From: Hypanus sabinus
Lineage: Eukaryota
NCBI RefSeq assembly: GCF_030144855.1
Contig: NW_026781846.1
Location: forward strand, 620,001 to 684,000
Direction of reading: 5' to 3'
Length of the DNA: 64,000 bases
Every line of letters starts with the position of its first letter. The first letter of the stretch is position 1. The notes beneath the pieces are model-generated. The model was not told where the DNA came from and did not search any database. It saw nothing but the letters and a program-made list of their open reading frames with translations. Shown here in pieces: positions 12,961 to 27,199 of the stretch. Made by a program: the position numbers and the translations under genes.

Positions 12961-14790
12961 GAAAGGTTTTACAGTTATATTAAAAGCAAGAGGATAGTGA
13001 GGGATAAAATTGGCCCCTTAGAGAATCAGAGTGGTCAGCTATGTGTGGAACCGAAGGAGATGGGAGAGATTTTGAATGATTTCTTCTCTTCGGTATTCAC
13101 TAAGGAGAAGGATATTGAATTGTCTAAGGTGTGGGAAACAAGTAAGGAAGTTATGCAACCTATGACAATTAAAGAGGTGGAGGTACTGGCGCTTTTAAGA
13201 AATTTAAAAGTGGATAAATCTCCGGGTCCTGACAGGATATTCCCCAGGACCTTGAGGGAAGTTTGTGTAGAAATAGCAGGAGCTCTGACGGAGATCTTTA
13301 ATATGTCATTAGAAACGGGGATTGTGCCGGAGGATTGGCGTATTGCTCATGTGGTTCCATTGTTTAAAAAGGGTTCTAGAAGGAAGCCTAGCAATTATAG
13401 ACCTGTCAGTTTGACATCAGTGGTGGGTAAATTAATGGAAAGTATTCTTAGAGATAGTATTTATAATTATCTGGATAGACGGGATCTGATTAGAAGTAGC
13501 CAGCATGGATTTGTGCGTGGAAGGCCATGTTTGACAAACCTTATTGAATTTTTTGAAGAATTTACGAGGAATGTTGACGAGGGTAAGGCAGTGGATGTAA
13601 TCTATATGGACTTCAGCAAAGCCTTTGACAAAGTTCCACATGGAAGGTTAGTTAAGAAGGTTCAGTCGTTAGGTATTAATGCTGGAGTAATAAAATGGAT
13701 TCAACAGTGGCTAGATGGGAGATGCCAGAGAGTAGTGGTGGATAATTGTTTATTGGGATGGATGCCGGTGACTAGCGGGGTGCCTCAGGGATCTGTTTTG
13801 GGCCCAATGTTGTTTGTAATATACATAAATGATCTGGATGATGCGGTGGTAAATTGGATTAGTAAGTATGCCGATGATACTAAGGTAGGAGGTGTTGTGG
13901 ATAATGAGGTGGATTTTCAAAGCTTGCAGGGAGATTTATGCCGGTTAGAAGAATGGGCTGAACGTTGGCAGATGGAGTTTAATGCTGAGAAGTGTGAGGT
14001 TCTACATTTTGGCAGGAATAATCCAAATAGAATATACAGAGTAAATGGTAGGGCATTGAGGAATGCAGAGGAACAGAGAGATCTAGGAATAACTGTGCAT
14101 AGTTCCCTGAAAGTGGAGTCTCATGTAGATAGGGTGGTGAAGAAGGCTTTTGGAACGCTGGCCTTTATAAATCAAAGCATTGAGTACAGAAGCTGGGATG
14201 TAATGCTAAAGTTGTACAAGGCATTGGTAAGGCCAAATTTGGAATATTGTGTGCAGTTCTGGTCACCGAATTATAGGAAAGATATCAATAAATTAGAGCG
14301 AGTGCAGAGACGATTTACTAGGATGTTACCTGGTTTTCAGCAATTAAGTTACAGAGAAAGGTTGAACAAGTTAGGTCTCTATTCATTGGAGCGTAGAAGG
14401 TTGAGGGGGAATTTGATCGAGGTATTTAAAATTTTGAGAGGGATAGATAGAGTTGACGTGAACAGGCTGTTTCCATTGAGAGTAGGGGAGATTCAAACTA
14501 GAGGACATGATTTGAGAGTTAGGGGGCAGAAGTTTAAGGGAAACACGAGGGGGTATTTCTTTACTCAAAGAGTGATAGCTGTGTGGAATGAGCTTCCTGT
14601 AGAAGTAGTAGAGGCCAGTTCAGTTGTGTCATTTAAGGTAAAATTGGATAGGTATATGGACAGGAAAGGAGTGGAGGTTTATGGGCTGAGTGCGTGTAGG
14701 TGGGACTAGGTGAGATTAAGGGTTCGGCAAGGACTAGGAGGGCCAAAATGGCCTGTTTTCGTGCTGTGATTGTTAAATGGTTATATGGTT
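12961..14790 (+). mobile_element. Young 5'-truncated CR1 LINE with uninterrupted RT ORF (12997-14709, 570 aa)
   Basis: KSPGPD, YRPVSLTS, QHGF, YMDFSKAFDKVPH, GVPQGSVLGP, YADD and LEYCVQFWSP motifs; short 3'UTR ending in a (TATGGTTA)-like microsatellite tail. Confidence 0.95.
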
Positions 14791-14828
14791 ATTACCTGAC
14801 GTTCACGGAATGCAGCAGCAATGCAGAG

Positions 14829-15300
14829 TAGAGTTCAAGAATCATTGAGCACAGAAAAGAGTCTTTCGTCCCAGTATCTCTTTGCCGAACGACATGGCCA
14901 TCTGACCTAGTTCCGTTTGTCCGGGTAGATCCACATCTCACTAAACCATTCTGATTACTTAATCTGCCCAATTTTTCCTTCAGTATAGTTGATGACACTT
15001 CCTTTGTCAGGCTATTCAAGAAACAGTCCATACACTGTGTTATAAAATGTCCCTCAAATTCCAACTGCATCTCTGTCCTCTGAAATTACACCTACTCCCT
15101 TTACTTAACGATGTCACAACATTATGGAGAAAACAATAGTGTGCATATTGACTGTGTCTGAGCATAATCATGATTTCTATAAAGTCATACGCCACAGTTC
15201 TTTGTAAATGCTGTCTTCACTCCATTCTAACATTTCTATAAAAAAGGCGAATACAATTGTACACAGAACACCAAGAGAGGTATCTCTAAAGGGACTGGCA
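14829..15300 (-). mobile_element. Old CR1 3' fragment
   Basis: Degenerate CR1 tail and 'HFITQCMDCFLNSL' C-terminal remnant. Confidence 0.55.
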
Positions 15301-15949
15301 ACGTAATAAATGTCTTGGCGGAGAACTACGGAACAGTAGGCAAGAGCCCGAAAATCTTTGCAAGTATTGCCAGGATATCTTCTTCATCAATCTGGTATCC
15401 GGCCACTTGCGCTGTTCTCTGAAAGATTCTTTGCAAGACCATATTCTGTAACCAGAATCTTCCTGGACAGCAAGATTTCTTCTACTTCTAAATACAGATA
15501 AACGATACCTCAGAGCAAGATTTTTTTTTTTACAGGAACCGAAATCTAGGCGGCACTTTATTGTCTCCCAACCCCTGTAATATGCTCCTTAACCAGACAC
15601 AAACCACAACTGACAACACAATTAATCGATGTCAGGCAGTCGCAATAACTGGTAGCAATATGACAAAACTAAAATGTTCTGATTGGACGGTGTCTGTCGT
15701 TTATTAGCAAAGAATCGCCGACATCCAATAGTGTTTATTGCTTCAATTCTTAACGGTGTTGGAAATTCTGAAAAAGGTCTAAAATTTTTTAAAGATATGT
15801 GTGTGTGTTGGGGGGTCCACATATCGGCTGGCTGCTGTAAAACAAAGGACAACAGCGCCTCTTCCACGTTAGACGGCTGTAGCGGTTTCGCATGCGTCCC
15901 CAAATCCTCACGGCTTTCTGCAGGATCACCATCAACAACGCCCTTACTG

Positions 15950-18505
15950 GCTATGTGTACCACCCCACATTTGTCCGGGTTGAACTCCCTGGAATTTCTC
16001 AGCCCACTTCTGCATCCTATCAATGCCTCTGCAATCTTCGACAGTCCTCTACACTGTCCACAACAACACTAACCACTGTGTCGTCTGCAAATTTGTCAAC
16101 TCACCTTTCTACCCCCACATCTAGGTCATTAATGAAAATCACGAAAAATAGAGGTCCCAGAATCGATCGTTTTGAGACACCACTAGTCACAACCCTCTAA
16201 ACCGAAGGTATTCACTCCAACACGACCCTCTGCTTTCTGCAGGCAAGCCAATTTTGAATCCACCTGGCTAATGATCCTTGGATCCTATGCCGTCTCACTT
16301 TATGAATAAGCCTACTATGCGGAATCTTAACAAATGCCTCAGTAAAATCGAAGTAGATCACATCCACTGATCTACCATCAACTGCATGCCTAGTCCCCTC
16401 CTCAAAGAGCTCTAACCGGTTTGATAAATGCGATCTGCCCTTCGCAGAGCGATGCTGACTATTCCAGAGCAGACCATGAATCTCTAGAAGCCCATAGATC
16501 CTATCTCTAATAATCTTTTCCAACAGCTTTCTCACCACAGACGAAAGACTCACTGGTCTTTAATTGTTCGGGCTATTCCTACTAACTTTTGTGAACAAGT
16601 GGACAACATTCACCCCCCTCCAGTCCTCCAGTACCATTCCCATGGGCAACGAGAACAGAAGAATCCTAGCCAGATTCTCAGCAATCTCTTCCCTCGGCTC
16701 GTGGATTAGCCTGGGAAATTGTCCGTCATGCCTCGGGGACTGACCCGTCCTAATGTATTTTAACAATTCGAACACCTGCTCTCATTTAATATGAACCTGC
16801 TCCAGAACATCAAGTTCCCTCTCGTTGGTGAATACCGAAGTGAGTTGTTCATTGAGGACCTTGTTCAATTCCACAGCCTCCAGGCACATCTTTCCAACTT
16901 TATCTCTAATCGGTCCTATCTTCACCCCTGTCAACCTTTTGATCTTCACATAATTGTAGAATGGCATGAGGTTTTCCTTTACCCTACTCGCCAAGGCCTT
17001 CTCATGTCCCCTTCTTGCACTTCTCAGCTCCTTATAATGCTCCTTTCTTGCTGCCCTATATTCCTCAATATCCGTATCTGATCCTTCTTCCTAAGCCTCA
17101 TGTTTGCTGCCTTCTTCCAACGGACTAGATTCTGTACCTCACCTGTCACCCATGGTTCCTTCACCCTACCATTCTTTGTCTTCCACAGCAGGACAAATGT
17201 ATCCCTAAAATCCTGCCAGAGATCCCTGAACATCGACCACATGTTAATAGTACATTTCGCAGCAAAACAATCATCCCAAAACACACCAGCAAGTACGAGC
17301 CTTATTGCCTGATAATTTGCCCTTCCCCAATTAAAACAAATCCTATCCTTTCTGAATCTTTTCCTTGAGAATGTTAAAGGCCGGGGAGAGGTGGTCACCG
17401 TCCCCCAAATGCTCACACACAGAGAGATCTCTGACCTGACACGGTTCCTCACCTAATGCTAGATCTAATGAGGTGTATCCCCCAGTCGGCCTGTCAGCAG
17501 GCTGTGACAGGAATCCGTCCTGGACACACTTAACAAACACTGGCCCATCGAAACTGTTGGAACTAAGCAGGTGCCAATCAATATTAGGGAAGATAAATTC
17601 ACACATGGTAACAACTTTGTTTTTTTGCATCTTTCCAAAATCTGCGTCTCAATCTGCTCCTCGGTATCTCTTTTTATACCAGGGGGCATACAGATAGAGT
17701 AAATGCTCCCTTCCTGTTCCTGGCTTCCACCCATACTGACTCAAAAGCGAATCATGGTGCTATATCCACTCTTTCTGTAGCTGTAATAGTATTCCTGGCC
17801 AGTAATGCCACCCCTCCACTTCTTTCACCCCCTTTCTATCCCTTTTAAACATTGAAATCCAGGAATATTGAGCATGCATTCCCACCCTGGTGCCAACCAA
17901 CTCTCTGTAATGGACATTACATTATAATTCCATGTTTGTATCCAAGTTTTCAGTTCATCACCTTTATTTCTGAGCTTCTTGCATTGAAGTACACGCACTT
18001 TACCTCTTCTAATTTACAACCTTTGCACACTTTATTCGGCTTCCCTTTCCTCGACGCCTCTTTATATGTTAGATCTGCCCTTACTCCATGGACTATACTT
18101 ACTGTTCTCGCATGACCTTTATCCTCCTCCACGTCTCCATCTGCTCTGACACTCTGGCTCCTCTCCCCTTGCAAATCTACTTTTAACCCCCTTCCCCCCA
18201 GCGCAGCACTGGCAAATCTCTCCGCAAGGATATTACTCCCACTTCAGTGGGATATTACTCCCAGAGGTCCCAACTTCCCTGGATCGAGGCACAGTTGTCC
18301 AGAAACATGAAGCCCTCCCTCCTGCACCAACTCCTTAGCCATGTATGTAGCTGCATTATCTTCCTATATCTATCCTCACTAGCATGCGGCGCGGGTAACG
18401 CTCCTCAGATTGCAACTCTAGGTGCTGTCCTTCAAATTTTCACCTAACTCCTAAGCTTTCCTTGCAGGACGCCCTCCTTCTTACTATCCATGTCATTGGT
18501 CCCGA
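15950..18505 (-). mobile_element. Degraded CR1 LINE (ORF1 end, EN, RT)
   Basis: FNPDKC, DFTEAFVKIPH, FPNIDW, CVYFNARS and VGTNDM (ORF1) remnants with many stops and frameshifts. Confidence 0.85.
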
Positions 18506-18509
18506 CATT

Positions 18510-20805
18510 GGGTGGAGTTTACTAAGTGTGTTCAAAGGTTTTCCAGGCACCACGTGTAGAGAGGTCTACAAGAGGAGAGCGTGTAGTTTATCTGGTATTG
18601 GGAAGTGATCCCTGTTAAATTGTCAGGTCTCTCCGTGGGAGAACATTATGGAGATTGTGATAACAATTCCATCTCATTAACCATAGCATTGGAGAAGGAT
18701 AGGAACAGAAAAGTTAGGGGAACGCTTAGCTGGAGTAAGGGGAAATATGAGGCTATCAGGCAGGAACTTTAAAGCATTAACTGGAAACAGATGTTCTCCG
18801 GGAATCGTACGGAGGAACAGTGGGAAATGTGCGGGGGACATTTGTGTGGGGTTCTGCGTAGGTATTTTCTCATGAGACATGTAAAAGATGGTAGGGTACA
18901 GGCTGTTGTAACTCCAGTCAAGAAGAAAAGCAGTCAAGAACAAAAGATACAAAAAAAAACTAAATCATCATAGATTATAAGGTAGCAGGAAGGAGCTTAA
19001 GAATGAAATTTGGTAGGGGCCATGAAAATGCCTTGTTTGACAGGATTAAGTAAAACCTCAAGGAATTCTACAAGTATGTGAAGAGCAGGAGAAGAGGACT
19101 TAAGAGATTAGGACCAGTCAACAGTGACAGTGGGAAAGTGTGTATGGGACCGCAGGAGATAGCAGACAGACTGGATGAATACTTTGATTCAGTATTCACT
19201 ATGGAAAAGGACCTTGCCGATTTTAGGGATGACTTGCAGCGGACGGAAAAGATAAAGCGTGTAGATATTTAGATAAAGGATGTGCTGGAACTTTTGGAAA
19301 GCATCAAGTTAGATAAGTCACCAGAAGCGCACGGGATGTACCCCAGGCTACTGTGGAACGCGAGCGAGGAGATTGCTGACATTCTGTTGATATTCTTTGG
19401 ATCATAAATGAGGACGGGAGATGTTCCGGAGGATTGGAGGATTGTGGATGCTGCTCCGTTTTTCAAGAAAGGGACTGGGGATGGTCCAGAAAATTATAGA
19501 CCTGTGAGTCTTACTTCAGAGGTTAGTCAGTTGATGGAGAAGATCGTGAGAGGCAGGATTGATGAACATTCGGAGAGGCATAATCTGATTACGAATAATC
19601 AGCATGGCTTTTCCAAAGCCCATGCCTTACGACCCTGATTGATTTTTTTTTTGTGGATGTCGTTAAATGCATTGTTGAAGCTAAAGCTGTAGATCTAGTG
19701 TAGATGGATTTTAGTGAAGTAAGGAGGCATGGGACATTACCTTGTGGACTCAGAATTGGCTTGCACACAGAAAGCAAAGTGTGGTTCTAGACTGGTCATA
19801 TGCCGCATGGAGGCCGGTGAACAGTGGTGTGTCTCAGGGATCTGTTCTGGGCAGCCTACTCTTTACGATTTTTATAAATGACCTGATGAGGAAGTGGACG
19901 GACGTGTTAGTAAATTTGCTGATGACACAAAGGTTAGGGGTGTTGTGGATAGTTGGATAATTGTCACAGTTACAGCGGAACATTAACAGGATGCAAAACT
20001 GAGCTGAGAAGTGAAAGATGGAGGTCAAGCCTTATAAGTGTGTGGTGCTTCAATTTTGGTAGTGCAGACTATAGTATTAATGGTAAGACTGTGGGCAGTG
20101 TGCATGATCAGAGGCGTCCTGTGGTCCGGGTACGTAAGACAGTCAAAGCTGCTTCGCAGCTGGACTCTGTGGTTACGAAGGCATACAGGGCATTGGCCTT
20201 CCTCAATCGTGGGACTGAAATTCAGAGGCGGAAAGTATTGTTGCAGCTATAAAGAAGGTACTTGGAGTACTGTGCTCAATTCCAGTCGCCATACTATAGG
20301 AAGGACGTGGAAACCTTAGAAGGAGTGCAGTACAGATTTACAAGACTGTTGTTTGTATTGTGGAGCATGTCTTATGGGAATAGGTTGAGAGAAATTGGCC
20401 TTTTCTCATTGGAGCGACGTAGGATGAGAGGTGACCTGATAGAGGTGTACGGATAATGAGACGCACTGATCGTGTGGATAGTCCTAGTCTTTTTTTTACC
20501 CAGGGAAGAAATGGCTTGTAAGAAAGTGCATAGCCTTAAGGTGCCTGGAAGTAGATACAGAGGATATGTCAGGGGTAAGGTTTCTTTTTACACAGAGAGT
20601 AGTGAGTGCATGGATTGTGCTACCGGCGAGGGTGGTGGAGGCGGAAACGATACCGTCTTTTATGAGAATCCGGGAAAGGTGCATAGCGCTCAGAAAAATA
20701 GAGGGCTATGGGTAACTCAAGGTAATTTTAATGTAAGGACATGATCGGCACAAATCTGTGGGTCAAAGGACCTGTATAGTTCTCTAGGTGTTCTACGTTT
20801 CTATC
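18510..20805 (+). mobile_element. Degraded CR1 LINE (EN end to 3' tail)
   Basis: VPEDWR, NYRPVSLTS, GVSQGSVLG, FADDTK and EYCAQFQSPYYRKD motifs; TTCTA-type tail. Confidence 0.88.
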
Positions 20806-20941
20806 CTAAATCGCAGAGAGTGGTGTTGATAGCCCAGCGAATCTGAGATTGTGAAAATTCGTTTCTGAAGTATGCGTACATCAGTAGATGAGTGAAAAAG
20901 GCCTGGAAGATCAACAGGTAGTAAAGGCACGCCAACCATAA

Positions 20942-21684
20942 TGTGTTTCAGATACTTTCCTCTTGCAAGCGATACTACAGCTTGAAGACCTGGACCAACA
21001 GACACTTGGAAGACATTTTTCACCAGGCCAGCACTATTTTATCAGTATCTACGTAATATAGTAATATAAAACCAAATAAATCAAACAGATTAGCAGAGAT
21101 TGTCCATATATGTGTGGAAATATAAAACCCCAAACTTCATCAAGCTTAGGTGGTAAATGATACAGTCTTACGATGGTATATAAAAGAAGTCAGTTCAGTT
21201 CGTGATGCTGAGTGTAGAACTGTGGAGAGAGAGAGGGGTGAATTCTTATCGAAGCAAGCCGATGCTGTCGATCTTCCTGTTGTCCTCTGAAAATCTTTCC
21301 ACGTCACTGACTGTGACCACGATAAATGGTACCGTCTTCACTCGGTAAAGCTATAAACCCAGGCACGGGTTAAACACACTGATAACTTTTCACAGATCAC
21401 TCCTTCTCCACACTGAGAACAAAACGCTTCCTTTCGTGGGCCCTCAAAGCTCATCCAGTGTCTGTGCTCTCTGTCTGTGTTTCGTGTGTCTGCCAGAAAA
21501 CCAGCTGACCTTGTATATATATCCAAGTGCTGAACACCAGCTGTCCATTTTATATTTCGACCCTTCCATTACCATAGCGACTCACCAGCTGTTCTGTGCC
21601 TCTCTCTCTCTCTGAATCAGCGTCACATTCTCTCACTTTTTAAAGTCACAGTCCATAATGAATAAACCTTATGATCTTGTCACA
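20942..21684 (-). mobile_element. Solo-LTR-like element (family B)
   Basis: The minus strand begins TGTGACAAG at 21684, contains TATATA and an AATAAA-like region, and is non-coding. Left boundary uncertain. Confidence 0.45.
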
Positions 21685-21719
21685 ATACAATAAGTACAGA
21701 ATCTGTCTGTGCCTTACTC

Positions 21720-22844
21720 CGTCATGGTCCAGTCCGTGAAATCCGCATTCCGGTTCACGTTCCGGTCCATGGATCCTTGTTCTGGGTTTTCCTGTTTTCT
21801 CCCTGTTGGGTGCCGTCATTGAGGAACCTGATTCTCGTTGTGGGCTGGCACTGAAATACCTCTCAAACCAAGTCCGGCTGGACTGGTCCCTCCCCTTTTC
21901 CCTGAAACCTTCCCGTGAAACCTCGTCAAGTTCAAACTGAGACCGGAACCTTGCCATGCCAAGATAAGGAACTATCTGCCGTTGAGTCTGGAACTGTCTC
22001 TTTGTATTCCCGTGTTTAGTGTTTCTTTACGTCCCCGTGTTTAGTGTCCCTGTTCTATGTCCGTCCTGGTCCTACAACCTGTGCTTCCCAAGGAGGGGCG
22101 CTGACTCTGTGTTCCCTGTTCCTGTGCTCAAGACCCAGGCTCTGAGTTCCAATACCAAGTTCAGGCGCCGTGTCCCAGCCCAGGAGTACCTCGCCCAGGC
22201 CGGTGCTGGCGATTCCTCGTCCTGTGCTGGATCGTCCCCATCATAATCCTCGGCAGTTTACCTCGGCAATTCTTGCGTCCTACAAAGGGTCCCGGCACTG
22301 CGTCCGAGAACGCGTCCCATCCCTGCGTCCTAGGAAGGGTCCCGTTCCTGCGTCCCTGGAAGGGTGCCCGCTCTGCGTTCCAAGGAGGAGTCCAAGAGCT
22401 CAGCCAAATCTAGTTCATGGGCCACCTTCTGTGTTGGAGGTTCCTCGTCTTTGCTGGAGATTCCCCGTACAGACCAGGGGTACTTCGCCCAGCCCAGGAG
22501 TACCTCGCCCAGCCTGGTGCTGGAGTCCCCTCGTCCTGTCCAAGCCCAGTCCTAGAACCGTGTCTAGTCCAAGTCAAGGCTTCGTATTCCCACTACTATC
22601 TTGTGTCTAGTCTGTTCCTAGTCCCTAGTCCTCGCCTGTATCCGGGTTCTGAGCCCCAGTCAAGACCCATGTTCTGGCTCCCTGTCCAGTCTCAGACTCG
22701 GAGTCCTAGTGCAGGCTCCTGTGTCCATGCCCAGCGATGTTTTCTCCCGACTTCCCTTGCTTTCTGAATAATCTTGGTCCTGTTCCCTGTACTTCAGTGT
22801 CTGCGTCTTATATTTGGGTCCGCGACCAGCGCCCCATTATGACA
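21720..22844 (+). mobile_element. Solo-LTR-like element (family C) with internal short repeats
   Basis: Inverted termini (C)GTCATG...TATGACA; flanks TACTC / AACTC resemble a 5-bp TSD. Its 3' part is homologous to the copies at 48242 and 60414. Confidence 0.7.
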
Positions 22845-23039
22845 AACTCATCATTTTTTCACAGGGATAATCCTTCACACATATAAATTGGTGTCAACGC
22901 CGACAAAACACTGTGCACCGAATGGCTTTTCCAATGTTTTATATCATGTTCTTCGTTCGAGTGAGGAATCAGAACATCCTCAACTTTAAAAACACCGATT
23001 ACAAGCTAATATGCCACTGTGATAAAGTGACTACTGAAC

Positions 23040-25420
23040 GATTGTTGCCATGAGGGTTCTGGTGCATTTAAGTGTTTATAATGTGACAGGAAATGTATTC
23101 GTACGAATGCAGAACATCTTCCACTTAGCAACTCGGATTTTGGCATTTTGGTGTGTCGTGTTGGTTTCACTTTATGGCCCGCGACACCTGGAACTTCCAC
23201 CAAACTGCCAACGTCACGGTGAAAATTGGTGCAGAATACCTATGCAGTCCGTGTGCCATTTCATTATCCACTATGACTGCCTCAGGATCATCACTTTTCA
23301 GCGGTTCAGCACTCTCGTCTCTCTTTTACACTTTGTGCATCTGAAGAAACTTTTGGTAATATTTTAATTAATATTTTTGGCTAACAATATTATTAGCAAC
23401 ATTTTCTATTCCATTTCAAACTCCTTAGTGACTTTTATCGCTGCGTCTGTGGCCATTTAGAACCTTCCGAATCATTTAACTTCACACTACACCTTGCACT
23501 TTTGCATACATCACTTTGTTTATTATGTTGGCTTGCCTGCTCTTGATCACCACGGTTATATATTCTTTCCTTTAGAACACATCTCCGCTTTGGAATGTAT
23601 GTATACAGTGCCTTACAATTCCCTTCCAGAAATTACAACCATTGCTGCTCTGCTGTCACACCTGCCAGTGTTCTTTTCCGATTAATTCAAGCCATCCCAT
23701 CTCCCAAGACTGTGTAATTCCCTTTACGCCAACGTAAGTCTGATGTATCCAACATCAGATCGCTTTTTATCAGGGTTCAGGGTGAATTATATAATATTGT
23801 TATCATTTGCACAAAAGATTTCTTTTACCAAACTCTTGAATTAATCCCGGCTCATTTCACGGCACCCAATCCAGAATAGCTGATTCCATAGTGGTTAAAC
23901 CTCCAGCTGCTCTGAAAAAGCTATCCCGTACACAATCTAGAAATTCTGTGCCTTGAAATCCAGCACTGACATGATTTTCCAAGTCTTAAGAAACATACGA
24001 TAAATCCCTTAGGACGATGTTTATATTGGCCCTGTGGCATGCATTTTAGATTTCCCGCTGTAATTTGTAGACAAAATTCTGACTCATGGTTGGGTTCTGT
24101 ATATAAGTCACATCAATGTCGCGTCCCCAATCTCCTGACTTTCCATTCAACTAAAATTCCTTTTCCAGCTTCTGTTCCTTCCCTTCACTGCCCCTGTAGG
24201 TGTTTACAGTGAATTGGCGCCATTTGCGGTTTTCGCTCTTGTTTCTCCCTTACACTTTTTGCATATGAAGGAACATATGGTATATATTTTTTTAAATAGT
24301 ACTGGCTAGCATAATCTTGTATCCCTTCTTTATCTTCTGGATGACTTTCAATTGCCTTCTGTTGGCAGTTAACAACGTCCCAATCATCTACTTTTCCACT
24401 AATTTTTTCTCTATTGCAAGCCTTCTCTATGGCTATTATCTTGCCTTTGACTGTTCTTGTTCGGCACCTTTGTATCATCTTTCCTTTAGAAGACATCTCC
24501 TCATTGGGAAGTATATATCTCTCGTCCCTCTGTGATTCTCTTTAACGCACAGTAATCCTGATGCATCCCACTTTAAATCCCTTTTCAATCATATTCTTTA
24601 CATTTTCACCAAAGCGTTCTTTTACCAAGCTCTCTAATCAATTACGGCTCATTACACTGATCCGGCACTGTGCTCAACCACGGGCTGCTCTACACCCAAT
24701 CTAGGCATTCTGAAAATTTTCTCTGTTGGAATCCAGCACCAGCATGATTTTCCCAGTCTTGCTGTAAGTTTAAATCCGTCATGTCGATTGCCCTTTAAGC
24801 ATTCATTTTCAATCTTCCGTTGTAATTAATAATCCTTGTACTTACTGTTGGCGGTCGGTATATACCTCACATCATGGCCTTTTACCCTTACAGTTCGTTA
24901 GCTCCATCCACAATTATACAACGCCTCACGACCCTATATCACCTCTCTCTAATGATTTGATTTCACTTTAACCGATAGAGTAACCCTGCCCGTTCTACCT
25001 ACAACGCATTGCTACAATGCGTATTATTGATATTACAAATATTCTTACAACATCATATACACTTATGCCAATACTTAACAGTGCTAGAATTTCTTCTTCC
25101 GTATCCAGTATTCTACGCACATTTAAATATAACGCCTTCACTCTAGTATTCAGCCATTTCAATTTTCCCGCCTCTTACGTTGTAACTGCAAGTCTTGACT
25201 GCAATCTTGCCCTATCAGCCTTTCCTTGCTAGGAATCTCACTATACATTGCCTCTGTTTGTAAACCAACTATCGCATCTTCAGCACTATGACAACGGTTA
25301 CCTGACCACTGACAAATAAATTTAAAACCAACTGAAAAACTCTCGCCAACTTTCACGCAAGGACATTAGATCCGACGGGTTTTGGTGGAATCGATCCCTT
25401 TTGTACAGCTCGTACCCTCC
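23040..25420 (-). mobile_element. Highly degraded CR1 fragments (at least two EN-region copies)
   Basis: CR1 EN/ORF1-end remnants; ~23820-23990 resembles ~24620-24760. Confidence 0.6.
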
Positions 25421-27199
25421 CCAGAAAATCTCCTCCACAATATCATTCTAATCGTTATTGCCAATGAGCAAAACTGCAACAGAGCGTCCATGCATTAGAG
25501 GAACCCAGCGACAATCAGCGCTGTTCAGAAGCGGAGGAAAGAAGATTCTTACATCTCTTCTATTTGGTATACCTGCAGAATAATAATTCCGGACGTTGTT
25601 GAAAAATACGTGAATAAAGAATGTACAGTATGAAAGGAGGTACAGCTTGTACTCAATTGTGCGGATAATGGATCACCCCGGGGAACCTAAAAATATCGAG
25701 GCTACATAATTTTGTGCTGTATACAGATGCACTTATCTGATGTCAGATGCTGTCAATAATATTGTAAATAAAGGTGTTAACATACAGGGTATATTTGTAA
25801 ACACACGGCTCACATATTTAAAAACTCATAAATATTGTGAAGCATGCTGCAAATTAATGTTCAGTCTGTGTCAACAACAAAGAGAATTATTGCACGTCAC
25901 AAATCACATTAATCACAGTCAGAAATAGATGCAGTTAACCTGCTGTAGTCCAGCACATGTAGAAATAAGGATGTTAGTCTAAAATGAAAATAAAACATGT
26001 TACTGATAAAGATTTTGCAATGATTTCAGAGCCACTCTGAACCGCAGAAGAGCAGATACGAAGCAGACAAGTTCAGTGTCATGCAGGAACGTCAGGACGA
26101 TTGCGGGCTCCATCATTCAATAAGCCGAATAGTCTGCAGCTTCAAATCACGTCACTGATCACACTGATAGTGTCATTGCTTCTCTCCACCTCCGCTCACT
26201 CAGCTACGCTGGCCACGCTGCTGACGTCATCCAATATTCTATGCCCATCGTTGAGTACGATGATAACATGGTTGTCTTTGCAGCTTTAAGACCGTCCACA
26301 TTGATAAGGTCACAGCGTTTCCTGGTCATCAGCTGAAATGAATTCCAAAATGCATCTTTTAATTTCCCCCTCTTTGCATATAATTCGCTTGGAGATTTAT
26401 CCAACTCCTTATGTGATCACTGCAGTCATCTTATCTTCGATTATCTACATCAAAGGGAAAAGCTATGAACAAACCATCATTCTGCACATTACCGTTTTTG
26501 TTGTTATCTGCGTGGACCGCATTGGCACTTCTGCCACAAATAACAGCGTAATTAACAAACCAGGTGGACAATCATTGCAGGTACTACTGTCCTGCAGCTT
26601 GAACGTTAATATCAAATCCAGGACCACAGACTAACACATACATAGGCATTTACATTAAAGATGCAACTGCCGTTTCGGATTCCTAAATCCAGTAGATGAC
26701 AATTTATCAAAATGCATTTCTTCTGTTTTCTATATGGATTCGCCACTAGACACCAGATTGGAAATAATATCAAATGAAAACAAATAGATATATCTTGATT
26801 TTACAGATCGGTTGACGGAGCAAAGTGATTGAAAATCGCAGTAATGCAATTTGGTATCAGACTCTCTTCTCATATCAACTTTAGCTTGTGTGCAGACAAT
26901 GGTTCAAACTCCACGTTCTGCCATAAACATACACACTGAACACATCATAATCAGCATTTTTTTTATTATATCTGTCGGTGGAAATAATAAATTGCAGAAG
27001 GACCCATTTTGTGGAAATGAGAAAGGATATAACAAGAGTGGATTGGGTTAAGTCGATTTCTGGCTTGGATGTGTTCAGTAAGTCGAAGGCTTTCAAAGCC
27101 GAAATTTTGAGAGTGCAACATTTGCATGTTCCTGCCGGGATTAAAGAAAAAGTCAACAGACATAGGGATAATTAGTTATCAATGGATATTGGCGACCTG

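Noticed and set aside
14791-14830. Possible exon 1 remnant (…TACTCTGCATTGCT…CAG|GTAAT) for the 12735 pseudogene
   Set aside because: Only weak similarity, no ATG, and the phase does not match the 70-nt exon pattern.
15950-20805. Single twin-primed inverted CR1 centred at ~18510
   Set aside because: Both arms cover overlapping EN/RT regions and differ in sequence, so they are two independent back-to-back insertions.
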